The position numbers and the translations under genes were made by a program. Below the pieces are notes generated by a model. It made no database searches. It was not told the DNA's origin and was given only the letters and a program-made list of their open reading frames with translations. Shown piece after piece: positions 8,852-18,999 of a stretch of DNA of 56,145 nt. This stretch comes from Myxococcales bacterium (lineage in GTDB: Bacteria; Myxococcota_A; Polyangia; Polyangiales; Polyangiaceae), in NCBI GenBank assembly GCA_043747615.1, contig JAYTOU010000097.1:1-56145 (forward strand), written 5' to 3'. Numbering within the stretch: the first letter of the stretch is position 1; each line of letters opens with the position of its first letter.

Positions 8852-10789
8852 CTAGAAACGCACGAGGAGCGCGGCGATGATCCGCGTATCCGACTTCACG
8901 AGGTCCGCCCGCCAGCCGGTAGGCGTCGTCGTCGTCGTGTAGCCATCGGGCGAGGTGACTCCGCCATGGCCCGCAAAGTAAGCATCGGCGGCCTGCCGGT
9001 GATTGAACTCGAGGTCGAACGTGAGCTGCTCATTCGGCATGTATTGAAAGCCCGTCGAGTAGTCGAACGCGTCGAACGTCGTCCCAGGATTCAAGGGGTA
9101 TGGCTGCGATGCTTGCGCCACTCCGAGGGGCTGGGTAATCCCCGACGGCGTCGCGTTGCCGGTTGGTCCCAAGACGAGGTACCGCCCGGGATTGTGCATC
9201 ATCCCACCACCCACGTTCCACGCGAAATGGTCATTGAAGAACGTCATTCGGTTGTAGAGCATCCAGCTGAGAAATTGCTGCTGGCACGGGCTCGCCGCGG
9301 TGCAGCTGGCGCCAGTGTTGCTCGAGTCGTGGTGGCCACCAAACGGGGTCACGCCGTTCCCTTGCTCGCCGCCTATGTCGGCGGTGAGAGAGAATGCGGA
9401 GCGATGAAAAATCTTCGCGTTGGGATCGTTGAAGTAGCGAATCTGAAGGCTGTTGTCGCTGTGGAAGCGCGTGCGGCCCGGGCTGTTTTGGGTATCCCAA
9501 CCGACGTAGTCGTTCGAGAGGAACGAGAGCCACTCGACGGGGCGCCACTGGATTTGCCCGCCAAAGCCGGGAAGCTCGTTGAACTTCCCGTACGACTGCC
9601 AGCCGTTGATGAGCCAAGGCTCGATCTTGAGCTTGTCGCTCGTATAGATCTGCGTCCGAATGCCGTTGAAGAACCACGGTGTGTTGTCCGAGGTGAACGA
9701 CGGCAGGTACATCCAGTTCTCGAAGTTGTCGTACGAGAAGAGGCCGACGTACGACATGAAGATGCCGGCATCGACGTTGATCCCGTTCAGCACGTCGAAG
9801 TGGTAGCCACCGTAGGCCTCGCTGATGTACCGCATGGCCGTTTGGAGATCGAACTGGCCGCGGTTGGTACTGAAGTCATTGCGCGGGACGACCGTGGAGC
9901 GCACTCCGAACTGCGTCATCAGACGTCCGCGGACGTTGTTGTAGTGAAAGTCCCCGCCGAAGCCGAGGAAGGCTAGGTTGAACTCGTTGTTCCGCGACAG
10001 AGCCGTCGAGCCCACGACGGTGTTGTCGATCGGATGATTCGTCGACGCCGTGTAGTTCACGTCGAGCAGAAATGATGGGGTAAAGTAGGGCGTGTCGAGG
10101 ACAGCCTTGTGCTGACGGTTATTTCCGTTGAGCCACGTGAAGTCGCCGAACGCGAAGGGCTCGGCCGCGTGTGGAGCCTCCGCTTTCTTGTCGGCGGGAT
10201 GAACGCCCGCCTCGACGAGTGCATTTGCACGCGCGAGTACCTGCTCGGCGTCCTCGCCGCGCGACGGATGGACCGTAATGCGGAAATGGTCACGCATGGA
10301 CGCGACTTCAATCTCCACCATTCGATTTGGTAAGAAAAAAGGATCGCTCGAGGTCGGGGTCGTCGCCGGGGCAAGACGCCCGAGCACGGCGCGAGCTCCG
10401 TGGCATTCAAGCGCGCGATCGAGGAGCTCGGCGGTTACGCCCGGGAGCGGCTTGACCATGATGCTCGCTCCGGCGAGGTGCTCTTGCGTTCCGAATTTAC
10501 CGACGACCGAGCTGTAGAAAGGCTCCACGCCGTCGACGGCATCGCCCGACAAGATGGGTGCGAGGGTCGCGTCGTCGGCGATGCCGATGCACCGTCGGCG
10601 TTGGAGCGCCGCTGCTTCTTCCAAGGCAGAGAGTGGTTCGGTCGCCCCAGGCGAAGCCGTCGCACCGAGAGCCGCGGCGCTCGGGGCCCCACCAGCCGCG
10701 TCGTCCGTCTGCGCGACGGCGGCGCTCGGGGAGCAAAGCATCGAGGCGACGATGGCCGCGCCCGGAAGCAAAATTTTTCGCGTCTTCAT
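8852..10789 (-). CDS. Outer-membrane beta-barrel/porin with extra N-terminal domain
   Basis: Signal peptide (AVAQ), PFAFGDFTWLNGNNRQ, C-terminal Phe (LLVRF); divergent from kdp. Confidence 0.82.
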   Translation of the reverse strand: MKTRKILLPGAAIVASMLCSPSAAVAQTDDAAGGAPSAAALGATASPGATEPLSALEEAAALQRRRCIGIADDATLAPILSGDAVDGVEPFYSSVVGKFGTQEHLAGASIMVKPLPGVTAELLDRALECHGARAVLGRLAPATTPTSSDPFFLPNRMVEIEVASMRDHFRITVHPSRGEDAEQVLARANALVEAGVHPADKKAEAPHAAEPFAFGDFTWLNGNNRQHKAVLDTPYFTPSFLLDVNYTASTNHPIDNTVVGSTALSRNNEFNLAFLGFGGDFHYNNVRGRLMTQFGVRSTVVPRNDFSTNRGQFDLQTAMRYISEAYGGYHFDVLNGINVDAGIFMSYVGLFSYDNFENWMYLPSFTSDNTPWFFNGIRTQIYTSDKLKIEPWLINGWQSYGKFNELPGFGGQIQWRPVEWLSFLSNDYVGWDTQNSPGRTRFHSDNSLQIRYFNDPNAKIFHRSAFSLTADIGGEQGNGVTPFGGHHDSSNTGASCTAASPCQQQFLSWMLYNRMTFFNDHFAWNVGGGMMHNPGRYLVLGPTGNATPSGITQPLGVAQASQPYPLNPGTTFDAFDYSTGFQYMPNEQLTFDLEFNHRQAADAYFAGHGGVTSPDGYTTTTTPTGWRADLVKSDTRIIAALLVRF

Positions 10790-10814
10790 ACGCAAAAGCT
10801 GTAACTGCGAAGCT

Positions 10815-10831
10815 CATAAAAAGTCCGTAAA
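10815..10831 (-). promoter_or_regulatory. KdpE-type box facing the porin genes
   Basis: Minus strand TTTACG-GACTT-TTTATG; same layout as the E. coli KdpE site TTTATA-N5-TTTACA. Confidence 0.65.
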
Positions 10832-10858
10832 GATGCGCGCGGATCAAGCGATCGCGTC

Positions 10859-10875
10859 TTGACGATATCTTTATG
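10859..10875 (+). promoter_or_regulatory. KdpE-type box facing the kdp operon
   Basis: TTGACG-ATATC-TTTATG, followed after 10 nt by -10-like TAGAGT. Confidence 0.65.
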
Positions 10876-10910
10876 CGCGGCGGTCTAGAGTCTGCGGCTA
10901 CGGAGGATCC

Positions 10911-10991
10911 ATGGATCTCGTTTACGTCGCGCTTGCCGTGGGCCTGTTCGGGCTCGCCTGGGGACTGGTGAAAATCTGTGAGCACGTTTAG
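10911..10991 (+). CDS. 26-aa single-TM peptide upstream of kdpF (not in ORF track)
   Basis: GGAGG RBS; MDLVYVALAVGLFGLAWGLVKICEHV*. Confidence 0.78.
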   Translation: MDLVYVALAVGLFGLAWGLVKICEHV

Positions 10992-11006
10992 CTCGAGGAG
11001 GCAGCA

Positions 11007-11096
11007 GTGATTCTCTACTCAATCGGAGGCGTGATTGCCTTCGCTCTCTTCGTCTACCTCGTCATTGCACTCCTCAAACCCGAGAGACTGTCATGA
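11007..11096 (+). CDS. kdpF: K+-transporting ATPase subunit F (not in ORF track)
   Basis: GAGGAG RBS, GTG start; MILYSIGGVIAFALFVYLVIALLKPERLS*; YLxxALLxPE motif; ATGA overlap with kdpA. Confidence 0.93.
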   Translation: MILYSIGGVIAFALFVYLVIALLKPERLS

Positions 11097-12835
11097 CCAT
11101 AAATGCCTATCTCCAGATTGCTGTTTATCTGGTGGTGCTCCTGGCGCTCGTGAAGCCGCTCGGCGCGTACATGGCGCGCGTCTACGAGGGCAAGGTCGTC
11201 CTCGAGCGCGTCCTCGGGCCGATCGAGCGAGCGGTCTACCGCGCGTGCGGAACGACGCGCGACACCGAGATGAGCTGGAAGACTTACGCCCTTGCGATGA
11301 TCCTCTTCAATGCGCTGGGGTTCTTCTTCGTATACGCGCTCCAGCGTCTCCAGTTCTTCCTGCCGCTGAATCCCCAAGGGCTCGTTGCTCCCTCGCCGGA
11401 TTCTTCTTTCAACACGGCGGTGAGCTTCGCGACGAACACCAACTGGCAAGGATACGCGGGCGAATCGACGATGAGTTACTTCGTCCAGATGCTCGCGCTC
11501 GCCGTGCAAAACTTCGTGTCCGCGGCGTCTGGCATGGCCGTACTCGTTGCCTTGATCCGAGGGATATCGCGCAAGACGACCCACGAAATCGGTAATTTCT
11601 GGGTCGATTTGATTCGCTCGACGCTCTACATCCTCGTCCCGCTTTGCCTCGTGCTCGCGATCCTGCTCGTGAGTCAAGGCGTCGTGCAAACCTTCGGGGG
11701 GTATCCGAGCGCGACGCTCCTTCAAGCGACGAAGGATGCGCAGGGGAGTGCGATTACCGACCAGGTCATCGCTCTTGGCCCGGCCGCCTCTCAGATCGCG
11801 ATCAAACAGCTAGGAACGAACGGGGGCGGGTTCTTCAACGCGAATTCGGCGCATCCCTTCGAGAATCCAACGGCTATATCGAACTTCCTCCAGGTCATCT
11901 CGATCCTGCTCATCCCCGCAGCGCTTTGTTACACGTTCGGAAAAATGGTCAAAGACACGCGTCAAGGCTGGGCGCTCTTGGCGGCGATGTTCGTCATCTT
12001 CGTCCCACTGATCTTCGTCTGTACGCACTTCGAGCAGCAAGGGAATCCCGCGCTCAGCTCGCTCGGCGTAGACCAAGTGGCGAACGCCTTCCACTCCGGC
12101 GGCAACATGGAGGGCAAGGAAGTCCGCTTCGGGATTACGAACTCGGCGCTCTGGGCGACGGCCACCACCGCTGCGTCGAACGGTTCCGTGAATGCGACAC
12201 ACGACTCGTTCACCCCGCTCGCCGGCTTGGTTCCATTGTGGCTGATGCAGCTCGGTGAGGTCGTCTTCGGCGGCGTGGGCTCGGGGCTTTACGGAATGCT
12301 GGCTTTCGCCATCGTTGCCGTCTTCGTGTCCGGCCTCATGGTCGGTCGCACTCCCGAGTATCTCGGGAAGAAGATCGAGATCTACGAGATGAAAATGGCG
12401 TCCCTGGTCATTCTCTTTCCGGCGACGACGGTGCTTTTGGGCACGGCGATCGCCGTTCTCAACAAGGCAGGAAAAGCCGGCGCTCTCAACTCTGGTCCGC
12501 ACGGATTCAGCGAGATTCTCTATGCTTTCTCCTCGGCATCGAACAACAACGGAAGCGCCTTCGGTGGCCTCTCGGCGAACGTGCCTTTTTACAATACCGC
12601 GCTCGGGATCGCGATGTTCGCGGGGCGCTACTTTGTAAAGATTCCGATTTTGGCGATTGCCGGATCGCTGGCGGCGAAGAAGCTCGTTCCCGTGAGCCCA
12701 GGCACGCTTCCCACGCACACTCCTTTATTCATCGCAATGTTGGTGGCGGTCGTCGTCATCGTCGGTGCCCTCACGTTCATCCCGGCGCTCGCGCTGGGCC
12801 CCGTGGTCGAGCACCTCATGCTCCACGGATCCTGA
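11093..12835 (+). CDS. kdpA: K+-transporting ATPase subunit A
   Basis: TNTNWQ, GTNGGGFF, SNGS, NNGSAFGG, GRTPEYLGKK. Confidence 0.98.
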   Translation: MTINAYLQIAVYLVVLLALVKPLGAYMARVYEGKVVLERVLGPIERAVYRACGTTRDTEMSWKTYALAMILFNALGFFFVYALQRLQFFLPLNPQGLVAPSPDSSFNTAVSFATNTNWQGYAGESTMSYFVQMLALAVQNFVSAASGMAVLVALIRGISRKTTHEIGNFWVDLIRSTLYILVPLCLVLAILLVSQGVVQTFGGYPSATLLQATKDAQGSAITDQVIALGPAASQIAIKQLGTNGGGFFNANSAHPFENPTAISNFLQVISILLIPAALCYTFGKMVKDTRQGWALLAAMFVIFVPLIFVCTHFEQQGNPALSSLGVDQVANAFHSGGNMEGKEVRFGITNSALWATATTAASNGSVNATHDSFTPLAGLVPLWLMQLGEVVFGGVGSGLYGMLAFAIVAVFVSGLMVGRTPEYLGKKIEIYEMKMASLVILFPATTVLLGTAIAVLNKAGKAGALNSGPHGFSEILYAFSSASNNNGSAFGGLSANVPFYNTALGIAMFAGRYFVKIPILAIAGSLAAKKLVPVSPGTLPTHTPLFIAMLVAVVVIVGALTFIPALALGPVVEHLMLHGS

Positions 12836-12844
12836 GGCTAGAAC

Positions 12845-14944
12845 ATGACCGCCACTCTCACGCCTTCTGCTTCGCGCCCCAACGCCAAGTCGCGCCCGCT
12901 CTTCGACCCCGCGATCGTCAAGCGCGCCATCGCCGACTCGTTCAAAAAACTCGACCCCCGACACCAGGCGCGAAACCCCGTCATGTTCGTGGTCGAAGTC
13001 GGGAGCGCCTTCACGACCGGGCTTTTCATTCACGCGCTCGGAGGGAAGGGCGAGGCACGCCCGGGTTTCATTCTCGCCGTCTCGCTCTGGCTCTGGTTCA
13101 CGGTTCTCTTTGCGAATTTCGCGGAAGCCATGGCCGAGGGCCGCGGAAAAGCCCAGGCGGATACCCTTCGAAGGTCACGTCGCGACATCGAAGCGAAGAA
13201 GCTCGACGGCCCGAAACGCGATGCCAAGCAGACCGTCGTGTCGGCCGCCGTTCTCCGAAAGGGCGACTTCGTCCTCTGCGAAGCTAGCGCGTTCATTCCC
13301 GTGGACGGTGAGGTCGTCGAGGGCGTCGCATCGGTGGACGAGAGCGCCATCACCGGGGAGAGCGCGCCGGTCATTCGCGAGAGCGGCGGCGACCGCAGCG
13401 CGGTGACTGGGGGAACACGCGTTCTGTCCGACTGGCTCGTGGTGCGGATCACGGCAAATCCCGGCGAGACCTTCCTCGACAGAATGATCTCGATGGTCGA
13501 AGGCGCAAAGCGGCAGAAGACACCGAACGAGCTTGCCCTCGACGCCCTCCTCGCAGCACTCACCATCATCTTTCTCCTCGCCTGCGTGACGCTCCTTCCG
13601 TACTCGATTTACAGCGTAGAATCCGCCGGCCAAGGGACGCCGATCACGCTCACGGTGCTCGTCGCTCTCCTCGTCTGCCTCATTCCCACCACGATTGGCG
13701 GGCTCCTGTCGGCCATCGGGATCGCCGGTATGGATAGGATGATTCAAGCGAACGTCATCGCGATGTCGGGGCGGGCAGTCGAAGCTGCCGGCGACGTCGA
13801 CGTTCTCTTGCTCGATAAGACGGGCACGATCACTCTCGGCAACCGCCAGGCGTCCGCGTTTCTCCCTGCACCGGGCATCGCGCCCGATACCCTTGCGGAC
13901 GCGGCGCAGCTTTCGTCTCTCCCCGACGAGACCCCCGAAGGTAGGAGCATCGTGATCTTCGCAAAGGAAAACTTCGGGCTCCGCGAACGCGACATGGCCG
14001 CTCTCGGCGCTTCGTTCGTAGCGTTCTCCGCGCAGACCCGGATGAGCGGCGTCGACGTCAAAGGTAGGGAGATCCGCAAGGGGGCAAGCGACGCCATCGA
14101 GGCTTACGTAAAGGGCAAAGGCGGCTCGTTCCCTCAGGAGGTCCGGAAGATCGTGGACGCGGTCGCCACCCTAGGAAGCACGCCTCTCGTCGTCGCAGAG
14201 GGCTCGAAAGTTCTCGGCGTCATCCAGCTCAAGGACATCGTCAAAGGGGGAATCAAGGAGCGCTTTGCGGAGCTCCGGCGGATGGGCATCAAGACCATCA
14301 TGATCACCGGCGACAATCCGCTGACCGCTGCAGCGATTGCTGCAGAAGCGGGGGTCGACGATTTTCTCGCGCAGGCGACGCCCGAGAACAAGCTCGCCCT
14401 GATTCGCGAGCATCAGGCGGGTGGACGCCTCGTGGCGATGACCGGCGACGGGACGAACGACGCGCCTGCGCTCGCTCAGGCAGACGTAGCCGTGGCGATG
14501 AACACCGGGACCCAGGCCGCCAAAGAGGCGGGGAACATGGTTGATCTCGACTCGAACCCCACCAAGCTCATCGAGATCGTCGAGATAGGAAAGCAGCTTC
14601 TGATCACGCGCGGCGCACTCACCACATTCAGCATCTCGAACGACGTTGCCAAGTACTTTGCGATCATTCCGGCGGCCTTCGCGACCACCTATCCGGTTCT
14701 CAACAAGCTCAACATCATGCACCTCGCCACTCCCGAGAGCGCCATCATGAGCGCCGTGATCTTCAACGCCATCATCATCATTTTTCTCATTCCTCTCGCG
14801 CTGCGCGGCGTGAAATACCAGGCGATCGGCGCAGCCCAGCTCCTGCAGAGCAACCTGCTCAAGTACGGAGTGGGTGGGCTCATCATTCCTTTCATCGGCA
14901 TCAAGATCATCGACGTGATCTTGGTCGCGCTCCATCTCACCTAA
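12845..14944 (+). CDS. kdpB: K+-transporting ATPase subunit B
   Basis: [23 protein letters not shown]. Confidence 0.98.
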   Translation: MTATLTPSASRPNAKSRPLFDPAIVKRAIADSFKKLDPRHQARNPVMFVVEVGSAFTTGLFIHALGGKGEARPGFILAVSLWLWFTVLFANFAEAMAEGRGKAQADTLRRSRRDIEAKKLDGPKRDAKQTVVSAAVLRKGDFVLCEASAFIPVDGEVVEGVASVDESAITGESAPVIRESGGDRSAVTGGTRVLSDWLVVRITANPGETFLDRMISMVEGAKRQKTPNELALDALLAALTIIFLLACVTLLPYSIYSVESAGQGTPITLTVLVALLVCLIPTTIGGLLSAIGIAGMDRMIQANVIAMSGRAVEAAGDVDVLLLDKTGTITLGNRQASAFLPAPGIAPDTLADAAQLSSLPDETPEGRSIVIFAKENFGLRERDMAALGASFVAFSAQTRMSGVDVKGREIRKGASDAIEAYVKGKGGSFPQEVRKIVDAVATLGSTPLVVAEGSKVLGVIQLKDIVKGGIKERFAELRRMGIKTIMITGDNPLTAAAIAAEAGVDDFLAQATPENKLALIREHQAGGRLVAMTGDGTNDAPALAQADVAVAMNTGTQAAKEAGNMVDLDSNPTKLIEIVEIGKQLLITRGALTTFSISNDVAKYFAIIPAAFATTYPVLNKLNIMHLATPESAIMSAVIFNAIIIIFLIPLALRGVKYQAIGAAQLLQSNLLKYGVGGLIIPFIGIKIIDVILVALHLT

Positions 14945-14956
14945 AGGGGAACGACC

Positions 14957-15523
14957 ATGTCCCAACTACGTGCTGCACTCTTCTCCTTTCTCTTTCTCAC
15001 GCTCCTCACGGGCGTCGCGTACCCACTTGCCGTCACCGGAGCGGCGCGCATCGCGTTTCCGAAGCAAGCAAGCGGAAGCTTGATCGTCCGGGGCGACAAG
15101 GTCGTTGGCTCGTCACTCATCGGTCAACCGTTCGACGATCCAAAGTATTTTTGGGGCCGGATTTCTGCCACTGGGCCTGCCGCATACAACGCCGGTGCGT
15201 CCTCGGGATCGAATCTCGGACCGACGAGCAAGGCGCTCGTGGACGAGGTGAAGGGCCGGGTCGAAGCTCTGCGCACTGCAGATCCGAGCAACGCGGCGCC
15301 CATTCCGGTCGACCTCGTCACCTCGTCCGGGAGCGGGCTCGATCCTGACGTCAGTCCGGCTGCGGCCGAGTACCAGGTGGGACGCGTCGCCAGAGCGCGC
15401 CAAGTGAGCGAGGCCGATGTCCGCCGTCTGGTTCTCGAGCATACGAAAGGCCGAGAGCTCGGAGTCCTCGGTGAGCCACGCGTGAACGTTCTGGAATTGA
15501 ATCTCGCGCTCGACGCACGGTGA
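14957..15523 (+). CDS. kdpC: K+-transporting ATPase subunit C
   Basis: [28 protein letters not shown]. Confidence 0.97.
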   Translation: MSQLRAALFSFLFLTLLTGVAYPLAVTGAARIAFPKQASGSLIVRGDKVVGSSLIGQPFDDPKYFWGRISATGPAAYNAGASSGSNLGPTSKALVDEVKGRVEALRTADPSNAAPIPVDLVTSSGSGLDPDVSPAAAEYQVGRVARARQVSEADVRRLVLEHTKGRELGVLGEPRVNVLELNLALDAR

Positions 15524-15527
15524 TTCG

Positions 15528-18230
15528 ATGTCCAGCGACGGCCGGCCCGATCCCGACGATCTCCTCAAGCGCGTCAACGCGGAGCACGCGAGCGCGAAGC
15601 GCGGCAAGCTCACGATTTTTTTCGGAGCGGCGCCGGGAGTAGGCAAGACGTACGCGATGCTCGAGGCCGCGCGCGCGGAAAAGATCCTGGAACGCGATGT
15701 CGTTGCGGGCGTCGTAGAAACCCACGGTCGGTACGACACGTCCGCTCTTCTCATTGGATTGGAGCTCTTGCCGCGGCGAAAGGTCCTCCATCGAAAAGTG
15801 GTTCTCCAGGAATTCGACATCGATGCTGCGCTCGCTCGGAGGCCCGGCGTCCTCTTGGTCGACGAGCTCGCTCATACCAATGCACCGGGCTCGCGCCACA
15901 TCAAACGTTGGCAAGACGTTGAAGAGATCCTCGACGCCGGCATCGACGTCTTTGCCACCCTCAACGTGCAGCACATCGAGAGCCTGAATGACGTCGTGGC
16001 GCAGATCACCGGCGTCGTCGTGCGTGAGACGGTGCCCGACGCAGTTCTCGCCCAAGCCAACGAAGTGCGGCTGATCGATCTGCCGCCCCAGGACCTCCTC
16101 GAGCGTCTGCGGGAGGGCAAAGTTTACCTTCGCGAGCAAGCCGCGCGCGCCACGGACAATTTCTTTCGTAAGGGAAACCTCATTGCACTTCGCGAGCTCG
16201 CGCTGCGCCAAACGGCGGCGCGTGTCGACGCGGACATGGACTCCTACCGTCGTCTTCACGGCATCGAACGAACGTGGGCCGTGGGCGAGCGCATCCTCGT
16301 CTGCGTCAGTCCAAGCCCGGCGTCGGCGCGTCTCGTGCGCGCTACGCGAAGAATGGCGTCGCTCGCGAGCGCGGGTTGGATAGCGGCGTACATGGAGACG
16401 CCGGAATCTCTTCGCCTCTCGGCGGTTGCCCGCGAGCGCGTCACCGAACACCTCCGCCTGGCTGAGCGACTCGGTGCGGAGGTGGTGACACTGAGTGGAG
16501 AACGCCCCTCCGAAACGATCCTCCAATACGCCCGTTCGCGCAACGTCACCCGAATCGTTCTGGGCAAGCCGACGCATCCGCGCTGGCGCGATCTGTTTCG
16601 ACCATCATTCCTCGAAGAGATGGTGCGCGCGAGTGGGCAGATAGATATTCACGTCATCTCGGGCGAAGAAACCGCGCCTCCCGAACCCGCTGGACCCGAG
16701 CGTAAGACGGGCTCGTCGTCGACCACGACCGGGCCGCACCTCTTCGCAGGGTTTACGGCCGTTGCGCTTGCCACGCTCTTCTCCTGGTTCGTCTTCGGAC
16801 AGACCCAGCTTCCCGACGTCGTCATGATCTACTTGCTCGGGATCGTGCTCGTGGCGGCGCGCTTTGGATATGTGCCATCGATCCTCGCCGCCGTCCTCAG
16901 CGTCATCGCGTACGACTTCTTCTTCATCCCTCCTTATTTCAGCTTTGCGGTGAGCGACCTCCGGCACACCACGACGTTCGCCGTCATGTTCGTCGTCGCC
17001 TTCGTCATCAGCGGGCTGACGAAGAGAATTCGCGAGCAGGCAGAATCGGCACGCGGCCGCGAGCTCCGGACGGCGGCGCTCTACGCCATGAGTCGTGAGC
17101 TCGCAGATACCCGATCGAGCGATCTCCTTGCGCGGGTGACCGCCAGGCACTTGCACGACGTCTTCGAATGCAAGATCGCGCTTCTCCGACCGGACGAAAG
17201 CGGCGCGCTCACCACCGCCGAAGCAGGCGGTGACTTGTCGTTCACGCCTCAGGAAAAAGAGCTTGGCGTAGCCGAATGGGCCTGGCGTCACCGCCGTTCG
17301 GCGGGCCTCGGAACCGACACGCTGCCGTCAGCGCTCGCGCTCTACCTCCCCCTCGTTGCCTCAGGCGGCTGCATCGGTGTTCTTGGCGTGCTTCCGGCGG
17401 ACGCGCACACCTTCGCCGACCCCGACAAGCGCCAGCTATTGGAGACGTTCGCGGGGCAATTGGGCACGGCGCTCGAGCGGACCGAGCTCGCGATGGCGGC
17501 GCAGCGAGCCGAGCTCCAGGTCGAGACAGAGCAGCTTCGAAACGCGCTTCTCAGCTCGGTGTCGCACGATCTTCGAACGCCGCTCGCGGTGATCACCGGA
17601 GCCGCAAGCGCACTGAGCGATGACGGAATGTCCGCCACTTCGGCGCGAGAGCTCCTCGACACGATCTCATCCGAAGCGGGACGACTCAATCGCCTCGTCC
17701 GCAACTTGCTCGACATGACGCGACTCGAGGCGGGCGCGCTGCGAGTAAAGAAGGAATGGCAGCCGCTCGAAGAAATAGTGGGCGCGGTATTGAACCGACT
17801 CGACGATCAGCTCCAGGGCAGGCCAGTGTCCGTGAGCCTCGACCCAGCACTCGTGCCCTTGGACGAGGTAACGGTCGACCAGGTGCTGACGAATCTCTTG
17901 GAGAACGCGCTCAGGTACACGCCGAGCGGCAGCCCCATCGAGATTACGGCGCGAAGGGTGGAAGGAGGCGTGGAGGTGGAGGTGGCTGATCGTGGCCCGG
18001 GAATTCCCGCCGGCGAAGAGGAGCGCATTTTTGAAAAATTCCATCGCGCAGCCGCAGGCAAAGGCGGCGTGGGCTTAGGGCTCACGATTTGTCGCGGCAT
18101 CGTCGCCGCTCACGGAGGGCGTTTATACGTTGAAAATCGGATCGGTGGCGGAGCCGCGTTCCGCTTCACGTTGCCCATTGTCGGCGAGCCGCCGCGCGTA
18201 GAAGGTCCCGACGAGGGTTCCTCTTCATGA
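15528..18230 (+). CDS. kdpD: Sensor histidine kinase KdpD
   Basis: GAAPGVGKT, VDELAHTN, USP region, 4 TM, GAF, SHDLRTPL, HATPase. Confidence 0.97.
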   Translation: MSSDGRPDPDDLLKRVNAEHASAKRGKLTIFFGAAPGVGKTYAMLEAARAEKILERDVVAGVVETHGRYDTSALLIGLELLPRRKVLHRKVVLQEFDIDAALARRPGVLLVDELAHTNAPGSRHIKRWQDVEEILDAGIDVFATLNVQHIESLNDVVAQITGVVVRETVPDAVLAQANEVRLIDLPPQDLLERLREGKVYLREQAARATDNFFRKGNLIALRELALRQTAARVDADMDSYRRLHGIERTWAVGERILVCVSPSPASARLVRATRRMASLASAGWIAAYMETPESLRLSAVARERVTEHLRLAERLGAEVVTLSGERPSETILQYARSRNVTRIVLGKPTHPRWRDLFRPSFLEEMVRASGQIDIHVISGEETAPPEPAGPERKTGSSSTTTGPHLFAGFTAVALATLFSWFVFGQTQLPDVVMIYLLGIVLVAARFGYVPSILAAVLSVIAYDFFFIPPYFSFAVSDLRHTTTFAVMFVVAFVISGLTKRIREQAESARGRELRTAALYAMSRELADTRSSDLLARVTARHLHDVFECKIALLRPDESGALTTAEAGGDLSFTPQEKELGVAEWAWRHRRSAGLGTDTLPSALALYLPLVASGGCIGVLGVLPADAHTFADPDKRQLLETFAGQLGTALERTELAMAAQRAELQVETEQLRNALLSSVSHDLRTPLAVITGAASALSDDGMSATSARELLDTISSEAGRLNRLVRNLLDMTRLEAGALRVKKEWQPLEEIVGAVLNRLDDQLQGRPVSVSLDPALVPLDEVTVDQVLTNLLENALRYTPSGSPIEITARRVEGGVEVEVADRGPGIPAGEEERIFEKFHRAAAGKGGVGLGLTICRGIVAAHGGRLYVENRIGGGAAFRFTLPIVGEPPRVEGPDEGSSS

Positions 18231-18919
18231 CCGTTTCCCCGCTTCTTCTGCTGATCGAGGACGAAGAATCCGTTCGACGATTCTTGCGCCTCGCGCTCGC
18301 GCCAGAGGGGTTTCGGGTAGTGGAAGCGGCGACGGCCGAAGAGGGGCTGCTCCAGGCCAAGGCCCACAACCCGGACATCATCCTGCTCGATCTGGGGCTT
18401 CCGGACATGGACGGCGTCGAGGTCACGTTTCGACTTCGCGAGTGGACCCAGACACCCATCATCATCATCTCCGCGCGTGGCAACGAGCTCGACAAGGTGA
18501 CGGCGCTGGACGCGGGCGCCGACGACTACCTGACGAAGCCATTCGGGAAGGGCGAGCTCATGGCTCGGATGCGCGCCGCTCTCCGCCGCGCTGCGCGAAT
18601 ACCGGGCGAACAGAGCAACGGCGTAATGACCGTCGGCGAGCTGCGGCTCGACACCGTCAGACGCGAGGTCTCGGTGGACGGCCGCAACGTTCACCTCACG
18701 CCGATCGAGTACAAGCTTCTCGCCACGCTGATGAAGAATGCGGGAAAGGTAATCACGCACAAGCAGCTGCTCGCGGACGTGTGGGGCCCCTTGCACGCGC
18801 GGGAGACGCAATACCTCCGCGTCTACATGAGTAACTTGAGGCAAAAGCTGGAGCGCGACGCCGCTCGTCCGAAGTACCTGCTCACGGATCCCGGCGTTGG
18901 CTATCGACTCAAAGACTGA
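18227..18919 (+). CDS. kdpE: Response regulator KdpE
   Basis: LDLGLPD, GADDYLTKPF, YLRVYMSNLRQKLE; coupled to kdpD. Confidence 0.95.
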   Translation: MTVSPLLLLIEDEESVRRFLRLALAPEGFRVVEAATAEEGLLQAKAHNPDIILLDLGLPDMDGVEVTFRLREWTQTPIIIISARGNELDKVTALDAGADDYLTKPFGKGELMARMRAALRRAARIPGEQSNGVMTVGELRLDTVRREVSVDGRNVHLTPIEYKLLATLMKNAGKVITHKQLLADVWGPLHARETQYLRVYMSNLRQKLERDAARPKYLLTDPGVGYRLKD

Positions 18920-18999
18920 CCACTGCCAGCGATGCGTCAGCGCTCGCGCAGGATTTTCGTAGGATCTGGAACTGGACTCTCCTACATTCACGGCGCTCT

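Noticed and set aside
18920..18999. c-di-AMP (ydaO) riboswitch before the KimA-like gene
   Set aside because: Only 80 bp of intergenic space and no recognisable riboswitch motifs
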